DNA of 64,000 bases from NCBI GenBank assembly GCA_044226625.1, contig JBGAGQ010000006.1, positions 32,001 to 96,000 on the forward strand. The letters are read 5' to 3'. Positions 50,745 to 63,846 of the stretch are shown piece after piece. The stretch comes from Thermoanaerobaculia bacterium (lineage in GTDB: Bacteria; Acidobacteriota; Thermoanaerobaculia; Multivoradales; UBA5704). Both the position numbers and the translations under genes were made by a program. A model generated the notes under the pieces. It was not told the origin of the DNA. It saw only the letters and a list, made by a program, of their open reading frames with translations, and made no database searches. Every line of letters starts with the position of its first letter. The stretch's first letter is position 1.

Positions 50745-50900
50745 CGCGTTCCTTCCCTTCTCCCGAGGGGAAAACGGGGCGCGGCTACCGCGTCCCTAAA
50801 GAATCGAGTGTGAAAGGCGAGACGAAGGGCGACGGCGAATCTTGCTATCCTCCGGAAACACTTCGAGTCTTCTCCGTCCTCTCATGAAGGGGGAACCGGC

Positions 50901-52034
50901 ATGGCGGCTGCTCCAGGCGAGCCGAGCGGGGGGCAAGGGACGCCGGGGACCGCCCGTGCCTCGGTCGAGGTCGAGGGCGTCCGGCGGACGTTCGGCTCGT
51001 TCGTGGCGCTCGATCACGTCTCGCTCGCGATCCGCCCGGGCGAGTTCCTGACCCTGCTCGGGCCCTCCGGTTGTGGCAAAACGACGCTCCTGCGGATCCT
51101 CGCCGGGCTGGACGCCGCCGACGAGGGGACCGTGCGGATCGACGGCGACGACGTGGGGGAGATCCCCGCACATCGGCGACCGGTCAATACCGTTTTCCAG
51201 TCGTACGCCCTGTTTCCTCATCTTTCGGTGCGCGACAACGTGGCGTTCGGACTGCGCATGAAGAAGGTGCCGGAGGCCGAGATCACCCACCGGGTCGACC
51301 GGATGCTCGACCTGGTGCGGATCGACGCGTTCGCCGACCGCAAGCCCGCCCAGCTGTCCGGCGGCCAGAAGCAGCGCGTCGCGCTCGCCCGCGCCCTGAT
51401 CAACGAGCCGAAAGTGCTGCTGCTCGACGAGCCACTCGGCGCGCTCGACTCGAAGCTCCGCAAGGAGCTCCAGGTCGAGCTCCTCGCCCTCCAGCGCCGC
51501 CTCGGCATCACCTTCGTGTTCGTCACCCACGACCAAGAAGAGGCGCTGGTGATGAGCGACCGGATCGCGGTCATGCGCGCGGGCCGGATCGAGCAGCTGG
51601 GCGACGCCGAGGAGATCTACGAGCGGCCTCGGACCCGTTTCGTCAGCCAATTCCTCGGCACCTGCAACCTGGTCGAAGGAAGCGAGGTCGGCCGGGACGG
51701 CCTCGCGCTCCGCGTCGAGACGCCGCTCGGCGTGCTTCGGGTGGAAGGGCACGGCGCGGCCTCCGGGGAGCGTCGCGAACGGCTCACCCTGGCGATCCGG
51801 CCGGAGAAAGTGCGCCTCGCACCCGCGGGGGAGGAAGGCGAGAACCGCGTCCCGGTCGCCGTCCGCGAGCTGATCTACATCGGATCCGAGACCCATTACC
51901 TGCTCGACGCCCCCGAGGGCATGACGCTCACCGCCTTCGCGATGAACGCGCGGGTGGGCTCCCAAGGGTTCGACCTGGGGCAGCCGGCGACCGCGATCCT
52001 CCCTCCGGCGGGCCTCCTGGTGCTCGACGACTGA
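50901..52034 (+). CDS. potA: Polyamine ABC transporter ATPase
   Basis: GPSGCGKT, FQSYALFPH, LSGGQ and LLLDEP; TOBE-like C-terminus. Confidence 0.92.
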   Translation: MAAAPGEPSGGQGTPGTARASVEVEGVRRTFGSFVALDHVSLAIRPGEFLTLLGPSGCGKTTLLRILAGLDAADEGTVRIDGDDVGEIPAHRRPVNTVFQSYALFPHLSVRDNVAFGLRMKKVPEAEITHRVDRMLDLVRIDAFADRKPAQLSGGQKQRVALARALINEPKVLLLDEPLGALDSKLRKELQVELLALQRRLGITFVFVTHDQEEALVMSDRIAVMRAGRIEQLGDAEEIYERPRTRFVSQFLGTCNLVEGSEVGRDGLALRVETPLGVLRVEGHGAASGERRERLTLAIRPEKVRLAPAGEEGENRVPVAVRELIYIGSETHYLLDAPEGMTLTAFAMNARVGSQGFDLGQPATAILPPAGLLVLDD

Positions 52035-52969
52035 TGAGCCCCCGTTCGCGCGGCGCTCGGCGGATCGAGATCCGATTCGGGGAACGGCTCACGCCAGCGG
52101 GGCAGCTCGTCCGTTCCGCGCTCACGAGCGGCCCCGGCATCTTTTGGGTCTCCGTCTTCCTGCTCGCCCCGCTGCTCGCGGTGATCGGGATGAGCCTGTT
52201 CACCCGCGGTCCGTACGGCGACTACGGTCCCCCGCTCTCCTTCGCGAACTTCGTCCGGCTCGCCGGGTTCGGCGCCTTCGGATTCGACCCGCTCTATCCG
52301 CTGGTGATCGCGCGGAGCCTGACGCTCGCCGCGGGGACGACCCTGGTATGCCTCGTCGCCGGTTTCCCACTGGCCTACTTCATCGTCCGCCTGCCGCTGC
52401 GGGCCAAGCAGGTCGCGCTCACTCTCGTGGTGATCCCGTTCTGGACCAACCTGCTGATCCGGACCTATGCGTGGCAGATCCTGCTCGGACCCGCGAGCTG
52501 GATCGCGAAGGCCGCCGGAGCGCTCCACCTGATCGAGCCCGGTCGGCCGCTCTATCCGAGTCTCGGCGCGGTCTATCTGGGGATGCTCGCCGCCTACCTG
52601 CCGTTCTTCGTCCTACCGCTCTATTCGTCGTTCGAGAAGCTCGACTGGTCGATCCCCGAGGCGGCGATGGATCTCGGTGCCGACGCGCCCCGGGTCCTCC
52701 GCCACGCGATCCTCCCGCAGGTCCTCCCCGGGATGATCGCCGGGATGATCCTCGTCTTCATCCCGGCGGTCGGCCAGTTCGTGATCCCCGACCTGCTCGG
52801 CGGAGCGCGGACGGTCCTGCTCGGCAACGCGATCCAGCAGCAGTTCGGCGCCAGCCGCGATTGGCCGTTCGGCGCGGCGATCGCCTTCGTCGGCATGGCG
52901 GTCGTGATGCTCGGCCTCTCGTTCTACGCCCGCACGGCGGGCAAGGACAGCGAGGAGGCCCTGCTGTGA
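52034..52969 (+). CDS. potB: Polyamine ABC transporter permease
   Basis: IPFWTNLLIRTYAW, EAAMDLGA and DWPFGAA. Confidence 0.9.
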   Translation: MSPRSRGARRIEIRFGERLTPAGQLVRSALTSGPGIFWVSVFLLAPLLAVIGMSLFTRGPYGDYGPPLSFANFVRLAGFGAFGFDPLYPLVIARSLTLAAGTTLVCLVAGFPLAYFIVRLPLRAKQVALTLVVIPFWTNLLIRTYAWQILLGPASWIAKAAGALHLIEPGRPLYPSLGAVYLGMLAAYLPFFVLPLYSSFEKLDWSIPEAAMDLGADAPRVLRHAILPQVLPGMIAGMILVFIPAVGQFVIPDLLGGARTVLLGNAIQQQFGASRDWPFGAAIAFVGMAVVMLGLSFYARTAGKDSEEALL

Positions 52970-53769
52970 GGAAGCCTTCTCTCTCGCTTTGGCTCTGGGC
53001 CGCCGTGCTGTTCGTCTTCCTTTACGCGCCGATAGCCGTGGTGATGGTCTACTCGTTCAATTCCGCGCGCCACGGCGGCCCCTGGGCCGGCTTCACCCTC
53101 GATTGGTACGCCAAGCTGTTCGACAGCCGGGAAAAACTCGACGCGGCGAAGAACACGTTGATCCTCGGCCTTACGAGCACCGGCATCGCGACCGTCTTGG
53201 GAACGCTGCTCGGCTATGGCCTCTCCCGGTACCGCTTTCCGGGCAAGAAGCTGTTCTCGCGCCTGATGTACATCCCGGTCGTGATCCCCGACATCGTGAT
53301 GGCGATCGCGATGCTCATGTTCTTCTCGCTGGTCCGCGAACGGCTCGGTCTGTTCGAGCTGGGAATGACGACGATGATCGTCGCCCACGTCACGTTCCAG
53401 ATTCCGTTCGTCGCGATCGTCATCCGCTCGCGCATGATCGGCATCGACCCGGGCATCGAGGAGGCCGCCCGCGACCTCGGCGCGACCGGGATCCAAACCT
53501 TCTGGCATGTGACGCTGCCGATGATCCTGCCCGCCGTGGTCGCCGGCGCGATGCTCGCGTTCACTCTGAGCCTGGATGACTTCGTGGTCAGCTTCTTCAC
53601 CACCGGACCGGGAGCCGACACGCTTCCGATCCTCATCTACTCCTCGGTCAAGCGGGGCATCACGCCCGACATCAACGCGCTGTCCACCTTGATCGTCCTC
53701 GTGTCGGTGATCGGAACCCTGGCCGGGCTCTTTCTCGAACGCCCGCGCCGCACCTCGGGAGAATCGTGA
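52966..53769 (+). CDS. potC: Polyamine ABC transporter permease
   Basis: FLYAPI..YSFN, EEAARDLGA, SLDDF and TPDINAL. Confidence 0.9.
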   Translation: MRKPSLSLWLWAAVLFVFLYAPIAVVMVYSFNSARHGGPWAGFTLDWYAKLFDSREKLDAAKNTLILGLTSTGIATVLGTLLGYGLSRYRFPGKKLFSRLMYIPVVIPDIVMAIAMLMFFSLVRERLGLFELGMTTMIVAHVTFQIPFVAIVIRSRMIGIDPGIEEAARDLGATGIQTFWHVTLPMILPAVVAGAMLAFTLSLDDFVVSFFTTGPGADTLPILIYSSVKRGITPDINALSTLIVLVSVIGTLAGLFLERPRRTSGES

Positions 53770-54890
53770 TGCGCAAGCAACGCTCGGTCTGGTTCGGTTT
53801 GACACTCGTCGGGGCCCTGGCGGGAACGCTCGTCGGGGCGCTCGCCTGCGGCAAGAAAGCCGAGACGCCGCCCGCCTCCGGCGGTTCCGAGGTCGCCGGA
53901 TCGACCGCGCCCGCCGGATCCTGCGCGGTCAACCTCTTCATCTGGAGCGAGTACATCGACCCAGAGATCGTTAAGGCGTTCGAGCAGAAGTACTCCTGCA
54001 AGGTGACCACCGAGGTGTACGAGGACAACGAGAGCATGATCGCGAAGCTCCAGGCCGGCGGCACTTCGCAATACGACATCGCCGTGCCGAGCAGCTACGT
54101 GGTCCCCGGGATGATCCACCTCGGCCTCCTCGCCGAGCTTCGGCACGAGAACCTCCCGAACCTCGCAAACCTCGATCCGAAATTCGCCAATCCGGCGTTC
54201 GACCCGGGCAACAAGTACACCGCGGCCTACCAGTGGGGAACCGTCGGCATCTACCTCCGGAAATCCCAAGCGAAGAACGTGAAGCCCTCCTGGGCCTTGC
54301 TGTTCGACAAGTCGAAGCAGCCCGGCACCTTCCTGATGATGGACTCGATCCGCGAGATGCTGGGCAGCGCGCTCAAGTTCCAGGGCAAGAGCGTCAACAC
54401 CACGAATCCGGCGGAGATCGAAGCCGCCGGCGATCTCCTGATCGAGGCGAAGAAGCGGTCGCAAGGTTTCGAGGGCGGGGTCGGAGGAAAGAACAAAGTG
54501 CTCGGCAAGGAGGTGGTGGCCGCCGTGGTCTACAACGGCGACGCCGTGCGAGGGATGGTCGACGATCCGGACACCCAGTTCTTCGTGCCGGAAGAGGGCG
54601 GCGTCATCTGGGTCGACAGCATGGTGATCCCGGCCAAGGCGCCGCACCGAGATTGGGCCGAGAAATTCATCGACTTCATCCTCGACGCCAAGGTGGGCGC
54701 TCAGCTCTCGAACTTCAACCAATACGCCACGCCGAACAAGGCCTCCCAGCCGATGATCAAACCGGAGGACCTCGCGAACACGGCGATCTATCCGACCCCG
54801 GAGATGATGGGCAAGCTCGAGCTGGTAGGCGACGTCGGCGACTCGCTCAAGCTGTACGACGAGATCTGGACGCGGGTGAAGTCGAAGTAG
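53769..54890 (+). CDS. potD: Polyamine-binding lipoprotein
   Basis: Lipobox ALAC, WSEYIDP, DNESM, YQWGT and WVDSMVIP. Confidence 0.9.
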   Translation: MRKQRSVWFGLTLVGALAGTLVGALACGKKAETPPASGGSEVAGSTAPAGSCAVNLFIWSEYIDPEIVKAFEQKYSCKVTTEVYEDNESMIAKLQAGGTSQYDIAVPSSYVVPGMIHLGLLAELRHENLPNLANLDPKFANPAFDPGNKYTAAYQWGTVGIYLRKSQAKNVKPSWALLFDKSKQPGTFLMMDSIREMLGSALKFQGKSVNTTNPAEIEAAGDLLIEAKKRSQGFEGGVGGKNKVLGKEVVAAVVYNGDAVRGMVDDPDTQFFVPEEGGVIWVDSMVIPAKAPHRDWAEKFIDFILDAKVGAQLSNFNQYATPNKASQPMIKPEDLANTAIYPTPEMMGKLELVGDVGDSLKLYDEIWTRVKSK

Positions 54891-54909
54891 GCCGGCAAAT
54901 CGGCGAAGC

Positions 54910-54931
54910 CCGCGCGGAGCCCTCCGCGCGG
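54910..54931 (+). terminator. GC hairpin after potD
   Basis: CCGCGCGGAG-CC-CTCCGCGCGG; no U-tract. Confidence 0.4.
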
Positions 54932-54991
54932 AGCATCCGCGCAATCGAGGCGTTCCAGCAATCGGCCTTCCGATGATAGGTTGCCGCGACT

Positions 54992-57900
54992 GTGAGCCGC
55001 GACAAAGAAAAGAACAAGAACGCAGAATACCCCTTTACACCCTCCGGTTTCTTCGCTTTCCGTACCCCTCTGTACCCTTACGAGGAGCTGGAGGCCTGGG
55101 GAGCGGGTCTCGCCTCGCCCGGCGTTTCGGTCGACGACGGCGAGGCGTTTGCCGCCGCCTGGGCCGCCGACCGCGCGCTGCTGCGCGAGCGGCTACGGGC
55201 GCTGCTCGTACGGCCGGAGGTGCGCGAGTCGGTCTTCCTGGCTTCGCCTTCCCTATCCGACGGTCTCGACGTCTGGAAGAAAGACCCGGACGGCAAGAAA
55301 GGGCAGCGGGCCGAGCGCGCGCTGGTCCGCTACGTCCTACGGATGTGCGCCCGCCCGACGCCGTTCGGTCTCTTCTCGGGCTGCTCCGTCGGCCGTCTCG
55401 GCGGCGCCGACGAACCGACCCGGCTGCGGCTCGTCCCGCGCTCCGCCTACGACCGCCACACGCGGCTCGACATGGATTACCTGTTCGCGCTGGTCGAGGA
55501 TCTGATCAAGGATCCGAACGTCCGCGCCGCGCTGCGCTATCTGCCCAACACCAGCCTGTACCACGCAGCCGGCCGCATGCGTTATGCCGAGGCTCGCCTG
55601 GACGGCAAGGTGCGTTCCCACCATCTGGTCGCGGTCACGCCGACCTCCTACCTCGAAGAGACGCTCGAGCGGGCCCGGAACGGTGCGCCGATCGCCGCCC
55701 TCGCCCAGGCGCTGGTCGACTCCGATCCGGATGCCGAGATCACGCGGGACGACGCGGACGAGTACCTGGCCGAGCTCGTGGACAGCCAGCTCCTGGTGCC
55801 CGATTTCGGCTTGCCGGTGACCGGGCGGGAGTCGATCCACGACCTGCTCGATCAGCTCGCCGCGCTCCCCGACCTGCCGATCGGGCAGAAGGTACGGGAG
55901 CGCCTGCTCGCGACCCGCGACGCGATCGACGCAATCGACGCCTCCGGGGTGGGGGCCGAGCCGGAGCGCTACCGCGAGATCGAGCGCGGGCTCGCCGAAC
56001 TGCCGACGCCGGTCGAGCTGTCGCGCCTGTTCCAAGTCGACATGGTCAAACCGGTCGCCGAGGCGGCGCTCGGGCCGGCGGTGGTCGCCGAGCTGTCGCG
56101 CGCTCTCGACGTCCTGCATCAGATCTTCGGCCGGTCGCGGATGGAGTCGCTCGACAACTTCCGCCGCGACTTTTCCGAGCGCTACGGCGAGGGGCGGTGG
56201 ATGCCACTTCTCGAGGTGCTCGACGAAGAGGTGGGGATCGGCTACGAAAAATCGCGCAGCGCCGGAGCCGAAGCCTCGCCCCTGCTCGCCGGGGTCGCGC
56301 TCGGCGGACCGCAAGCCGCGCAGACCGTCCCCTGGGGCGCTTTCCAGGCGGTGATGCTGGGCAAGCTCGAGGCGGCGCTCGCCTCGGGAGCGCGAGAGGT
56401 AGAGATCACCGACGCCGACGTCACGAAGCTCAAGGTGAGCGACCCGGCGCCGCTGCCCGACTCGTTCCAGGTGATGGCGACGCTCGCCGCGACCTCCGAA
56501 GAGGATCTGGACGCCGGCCGTTTCGAGGTGCTCTGGCGCGGAGCGGGAGGTCCGTCGGGAGCGCGGCTGCTCGGGCGCTTCTGCCACGCCGACGCCGAGC
56601 TGACCCGGCTCACCCTCGCCCATCTGCGCGCCGAGGAGTCGCATCAAGCGGGAGCGATCTTCGCCGAGGTGGTCCATCTGCCGCAGGGACGGATCGGCAA
56701 TATCCTCGCCCGGCCGGTCCTGCGGGATTACGAGATTCCGTTCCTCGGCCGCTCGGGCGCGCCGGCCGACCGCCAGATCCCGGTGAGCGACCTCGACGTG
56801 ACCGCGATGGGCAACCGGATCGCGCTCCGCTCCCGGTCGCTCCGCCGCGAGGTCGTCCCGCGCCTCTCGTCGGCGCACAACTTCTCGATGGGGAGCCTCG
56901 GCCTCTACCGGTTCCTCTGCACGATCCAATCGCAGAACGTGGCGGCGGGCCTGTTCTGGGGTTGGGGACCGTTCGACGGCGCGTCGTTCCTACCCCGTGT
57001 CCGCCTTGGCCGCACGATCCTGTCGCGCGCGACCTGGAAGATGACCGAAGAGGAGATCGAAGGCTGGAAGAAGGCCAAAGGCGCGGGCTTGCTCGCCGCC
57101 GCTCGCGCCTGGCGCGAGCGGCGCGGGATTCCCCGCCTCGCGACGCTCGCCGACGGTGACAACGAGTTGCTGGTCGACTTCGAGAACCCGCTCGAGCTCG
57201 ACACGTTCTTCGATCTGGTGGAAGAGCGCAAACAGGCCATCCTCCACGAGCTCTTCCCGAGTCCGGACCGGCTCTGCGTCACCGGCCCCGAGGGGCGATT
57301 CCTCCATGAAATCGTCGTCCCCTACGATCGCAAGCGCCCGGCGACGGCCGGGGCTTCGGCCCAGCCCGCGATCGAAGCCTCGGTCGAAACCGAGAGGTCG
57401 CTGCCCGGCGGCGAATCGGACGGCGCACCGGTTTCCGTACCCGCCCCGCGGACCGGCAGCCCATCGGCCGCGACGCTCGTGCGCTCGTTTCCGCCTGGAT
57501 CGGAATGGCTTTATCTCAAGGTCTACACCGGCAGCTCGACCGCGGACGGCATCCTGCGCGAAGCGATCGGGCCGGCGGTGCGCGAGGCGATCGCCGTGGG
57601 CGACGCCGACTCCTGGTTCTTCATTCGCTACGCCGATCCGGAATGGCACCTGCGGATCCGACTCCACGGCGATCCCCGCAACCTGCTGATCCATGCCCTA
57701 CCGCGTCTGGAGCGGGCGGTCTCGCCCCTGCTCGAGCACGGTCGCGCCTGGAAGATCCAGCTCGACACCTACGAGCGCGAGACCGAGCGCTACGGCGGAG
57801 CGGTCGGCATGCCGCTGTGCGAGCAGCTTTTCCACTTCGACAGCGAGGCCTGCCTGAGCATCGTCGAGACGCTCGAGGGCGACGAGGGGGCGGACGCCCG

Positions 57901-58363
57901 GTGGCGCCTCGCGCTGCGCGGGGCCGACCTGATCCTCACCGACCTCGGCGTCCGCGACGAGCAGAAGCTCGGTCTCATGGGCACGATGCGCGAGAACTTC
58001 GCCAAGGAGTTCGGCGGCCAGAAGAGCCTCGACGTCTCGATCGACCAGAAATATCGAGCCGAGAAGCGGAACCTTGCCGCCCTGCTCGCGCCGACGCCCG
58101 CGGAGGACGATCCGCTCGCCCCGGGCTACGCGATCCTCGCCGAGCGGTCGAGACGGAGCGCCGCCACCCTGGCCGAGCTCGAACGCCTCGAACGGGCGAG
58201 CGAGCTCAAGCGGATCGATCTCGCGGGAAGCCTGATCCACATGCACGTGAACCGGATGATCCGCTCCGCCGCGCGCGCCCACGAGGCGGTGATCTACGGC
58301 CTCCTCCACCGCGAGTACCAGGCCCGCGCCGCGCGAGCGCGGAAAGGAGCCGGGGCGGCCTGA
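54992..58363 (+). CDS. lanB: Class I lanthipeptide dehydratase (full-length LanB: glutamylation plus elimination domains)
   Basis: FRTP, YVLRMCARPTPFGLF, RLDM, FQVDM, LLGRF, VVPRLSSAHN, FLPRV, DGDNEL; WLYLKVY, FFIRYADP, HLRIR, YERETERYGG, SLIHMHVNR. Confidence 0.92.
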   Translation: MSRDKEKNKNAEYPFTPSGFFAFRTPLYPYEELEAWGAGLASPGVSVDDGEAFAAAWAADRALLRERLRALLVRPEVRESVFLASPSLSDGLDVWKKDPDGKKGQRAERALVRYVLRMCARPTPFGLFSGCSVGRLGGADEPTRLRLVPRSAYDRHTRLDMDYLFALVEDLIKDPNVRAALRYLPNTSLYHAAGRMRYAEARLDGKVRSHHLVAVTPTSYLEETLERARNGAPIAALAQALVDSDPDAEITRDDADEYLAELVDSQLLVPDFGLPVTGRESIHDLLDQLAALPDLPIGQKVRERLLATRDAIDAIDASGVGAEPERYREIERGLAELPTPVELSRLFQVDMVKPVAEAALGPAVVAELSRALDVLHQIFGRSRMESLDNFRRDFSERYGEGRWMPLLEVLDEEVGIGYEKSRSAGAEASPLLAGVALGGPQAAQTVPWGAFQAVMLGKLEAALASGAREVEITDADVTKLKVSDPAPLPDSFQVMATLAATSEEDLDAGRFEVLWRGAGGPSGARLLGRFCHADAELTRLTLAHLRAEESHQAGAIFAEVVHLPQGRIGNILARPVLRDYEIPFLGRSGAPADRQIPVSDLDVTAMGNRIALRSRSLRREVVPRLSSAHNFSMGSLGLYRFLCTIQSQNVAAGLFWGWGPFDGASFLPRVRLGRTILSRATWKMTEEEIEGWKKAKGAGLLAAARAWRERRGIPRLATLADGDNELLVDFENPLELDTFFDLVEERKQAILHELFPSPDRLCVTGPEGRFLHEIVVPYDRKRPATAGASAQPAIEASVETERSLPGGESDGAPVSVPAPRTGSPSAATLVRSFPPGSEWLYLKVYTGSSTADGILREAIGPAVREAIAVGDADSWFFIRYADPEWHLRIRLHGDPRNLLIHALPRLERAVSPLLEHGRAWKIQLDTYERETERYGGAVGMPLCEQLFHFDSEACLSIVETLEGDEGADARWRLALRGADLILTDLGVRDEQKLGLMGTMRENFAKEFGGQKSLDVSIDQKYRAEKRNLAALLAPTPAEDDPLAPGYAILAERSRRSAATLAELERLERASELKRIDLAGSLIHMHVNRMIRSAARAHEAVIYGLLHREYQARAARARKGAGAA

Positions 58364-58426
58364 GCCGGAACCGGGGCAGCGGGGGGGGGGGGGAGCGGCC
58401 CGTGGGAGACGACGGTAGAGGGCGCT

Positions 58427-59278
58427 TCAGCTCGCGGGTGCGGATGTCTTGGCGAGCGTCAACTGATCGAGGGGCGCCACGGCGAACGCGCCGTAGGCGA
58501 GCAGGTAGAGCAGATCGACGACCGGATCGAGCGCGGCGAAGTGAAGGCTGGTCTGGTAGGCGAAGAGGATGTCGCCGAGCACGAGGCAAACGATACCGGC
58601 GACGAGGGCGAGCCAGACGCGTTGCGCCCGCCCGCCGCGCAGACCGTAGGCGGCGCGGGCGAGGAGCAACGCAGGGGCGAGCAGTACGATGTCGAGCAGC
58701 GGATAGGCCACGCTGATCGTCCGATCCAGGAGCGGCTCGGAAGAGCGCGCGATCGGCTGGAGCGCCGGGAGCACCAGAATCAAAGCGAAGCCGGCGACCA
58801 TCATCATCCGCCGCTGATCCTCGTGCGGCTCGCCGAACGGCCAGCCCGCCTGACGGAAGGCGCGAACGAAACCGAGCTGCGAGGCGATCAGGAACGGATA
58901 GGCGGCGAGGAAGAACGCCTCGGCCGGCGACGGAAACGGCACGTCGATCCCGCGCAGGAGCTGATAGTCGGCGAGCATCAACTGGCCGCCGAGAAACGAG
59001 AGCGAGCCCGCCGCGAGGCCGAGCCAGGCGCGACGGACGTGGTCGGCGCCGGGAAAGTGGCGCGACGCGGCGAAGGCGAGCACGGCCCCGAGCGCCTCTA
59101 AGAGGAGCTTGGAAACCATCGCGAGCCAATTCCAGGTCGCGTCCGGCCAGGAGAGGGCTTTCGGCGAAAGGGCGCGAAGCGCGAAAAGCCCCGCGACCGT
59201 GAGGGTCGCCGCGATCAGCCCCGCCTCGCGGCCGGGCAGGTGGAACCCGGATTCCGCGGTCCGCGCGGCCCCGCTCAT
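58427..59278 (-). CDS. Polytopic membrane protein resembling a stand-alone sensor domain
   Basis: About 8 hydrophobic segments; RRAW, FPSPAE..FL..YP, YPLLD, GDILFAY and DLLYL patterns. Confidence 0.7.
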   Translation of the reverse strand: MSGAARTAESGFHLPGREAGLIAATLTVAGLFALRALSPKALSWPDATWNWLAMVSKLLLEALGAVLAFAASRHFPGADHVRRAWLGLAAGSLSFLGGQLMLADYQLLRGIDVPFPSPAEAFFLAAYPFLIASQLGFVRAFRQAGWPFGEPHEDQRRMMMVAGFALILVLPALQPIARSSEPLLDRTISVAYPLLDIVLLAPALLLARAAYGLRGGRAQRVWLALVAGIVCLVLGDILFAYQTSLHFAALDPVVDLLYLLAYGAFAVAPLDQLTLAKTSAPAS

Positions 59279-59556
59279 CCCTGCGGCTCCGAGTCGAGAC
59301 CGCTCGGTCCCCGCCAGACCGCCGCTCGCGCGGCGGCGATGGCCTCGCTGGTTCGCTGCTCCCCCAGGAAGATGACCAGCCCTCGTCCCACTTTCCGCAG
59401 CAGGGCTTCGACGTCCTCTTCGCTGAGCCGGTCCGAGGAGAGCCCCAGCTTCGCGCGATGCCCCTCGACGCCGGCCCGCGCCATCGACTCGCCGACGTGC
59501 GGCGCGATCGTTCGCGCGATCGCGGCGACGACCTGAGCGGTGTTGCGGGACTCCAT
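59275..59556 (-). CDS. Small hypothetical helical protein (93 aa)
   Basis: MESRNTAQVVAAIARTIAPHVGESMA...LVIFLGEQ; stop overlaps the next ATG (ATGA). Confidence 0.6.
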   Translation of the reverse strand: MESRNTAQVVAAIARTIAPHVGESMARAGVEGHRAKLGLSSDRLSEEDVEALLRKVGRGLVIFLGEQRTSEAIAAARAAVWRGPSGLDSEPQG

Positions 59557-59670
59557 CTTCGAGGACGGCTCCTTGGCGGATCTGCGATGATCTCGACCGG
59601 CCGCCCGCAAGAGGAACCCGGAGACACCGTTCCGGACGATACGGACGCTCGGTGACGAGCGCGAGGACGT

Positions 59671-60045
59671 ATGAACGAAAAAAGCAGCAAAGCTCGTGCC
59701 GGAAGGCTGGTCTATTCGACCGAGCGACCGACCTGTCCGAAATGCGGCTGGCCCGAGGCGAGCTGCGCCTGCAGCCACAAGCTCTCGCCGGCTCCGCCCG
59801 CGGGGGACGGCTTCGTGCGCATCCGGCGCGAGACGAAAGGGCGTGCAGGGAAAGGGGTGACGGTCGTTGCCGGTGTAGCTCTTACACTCGACGAGCTTTC
59901 GCGCCTGGCCGCCGACCTCAAAAAGCGCTGCGGCTCGGGCGGCACGGTGAAAGAGGGAACGATCGAGATCCAGGGCGATCATCGCGACGTGATTCAGAAC
60001 GAGCTCGAGCGCCGGGGGTGGAAGGTCAAGCGCTCGGGAGGTTGA
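59671..60045 (+). CDS. yciH: SUI1/eIF1 homolog YciH
   Basis: LVYST, RETKGRAGKGVT, LKKRCGSGGTVK and IQGDHR. Confidence 0.92.
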   Translation: MNEKSSKARAGRLVYSTERPTCPKCGWPEASCACSHKLSPAPPAGDGFVRIRRETKGRAGKGVTVVAGVALTLDELSRLAADLKKRCGSGGTVKEGTIEIQGDHRDVIQNELERRGWKVKRSGG

Positions 60046-60090
60046 ACGTCAACGCTCACGATGCTCGCCCGATCGCCTCGCCGGGTACCG

Positions 60091-60465
60091 TCAGCGATTC
60101 CACGGGCCGGGTAAGAGAGCCGGCAGCAGGAAGAAGACCGCGAACACCCCGAACGCGAAGATCGGGACGAGCGGGGCCGCTTCCTGCTCGGCGACCGGCG
60201 CCATCGCCCGCAGGAGGACGACCAGACTGAACGGGCCCAGGACGCAGACCAGGTACCCGGGAAAGCGCCGCTTCGGCTCCAGCCGGCCGCGCAGCCGCGC
60301 ATAGACGATCCCGCCTCCCCAACCGAGTGAAACCGCGAGGCTGTAGAGAGGGTACAGCCCGAGCGGCAGGTGCCCAGCGAGCGAAACGACGCCGAAGAGA
60401 TCGAGCAGGACGACGATCCAGCAGGCCAGGAACAGCCCGACGACCGCCGCCCCGAGCCCTTTCAC
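60091..60465 (-). CDS. Hypothetical four-TM membrane protein
   Basis: Hydrophobic segments; fills the gap between yciH and gcvP. Confidence 0.6.
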   Translation of the reverse strand: MKGLGAAVVGLFLACWIVVLLDLFGVVSLAGHLPLGLYPLYSLAVSLGWGGGIVYARLRGRLEPKRRFPGYLVCVLGPFSLVVLLRAMAPVAEQEAAPLVPIFAFGVFAVFFLLPALLPGPWNR

Positions 60466-60531
60466 GCGGCGAATCCCCTCGACTCTCCTGCGATCGGTCC
60501 GCTCCGAGAGAGCGACCCGCCCCGGCCTACG

Positions 60532-63456
<2,925 letters not shown>

Positions 63457-63459
63457 GAG

Positions 63460-63846
63460 CTACTCCCCGCCCTCGGAAATGAACTTTTCGTAGTCCTCGG
63501 CGCTCATCAGGCTCTTCAAGTCGGCGGCCGAGGAGAAGCGGATCTTGCAGAGCCACCCTTCGTGATGCGGGTCCTCGTTCAGGATCTCGGGGTCGTCGAC
63601 CACCGCGTCGTTGATCTCCAGGATCTCGCCCGCGAGCGGGGTGTAGACCTCGGCCACCGCCTTGACCGATTCGATGGTGCCAATTTCGTCGCCGGAATCG
63701 AACACCATGCCCACCTCGGGCAGCTCGACGAAGACCACCTCTCCCAGCTCGGTCTGGGCGAACTCGGTGATCCCCAGGGTGCAGACGTCGTCTTCGACCC
63801 GCACCCACTCGTGCTCCTTCGAATAAAGATAGTCGCTGGGATACAT
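63460..63846 (-). CDS. gcvH: Glycine cleavage H protein
   Basis: YSKEHEW, GITEFAQ, lipoyl motif IESVKA, NEDP..EGWL. Confidence 0.96.
   Translation of the reverse strand: MYPSDYLYSKEHEWVRVEDDVCTLGITEFAQTELGEVVFVELPEVGMVFDSGDEIGTIESVKAVAEVYTPLAGEILEINDAVVDDPEILNEDPHHEGWLCKIRFSSAADLKSLMSAEDYEKFISEGGE

Noticed and set aside
50901-54890. ABC transporter as the lanthipeptide exporter for LanB
   Set aside because: It is a typical PotABCD importer with a substrate-binding protein, and a hairpin separates it from lanB.
58381-58393. G13 homopolymer as a phase-variation switch
   Set aside because: It lies between two convergent stop codons, outside coding and promoter DNA; it may also be a sequencing artefact.
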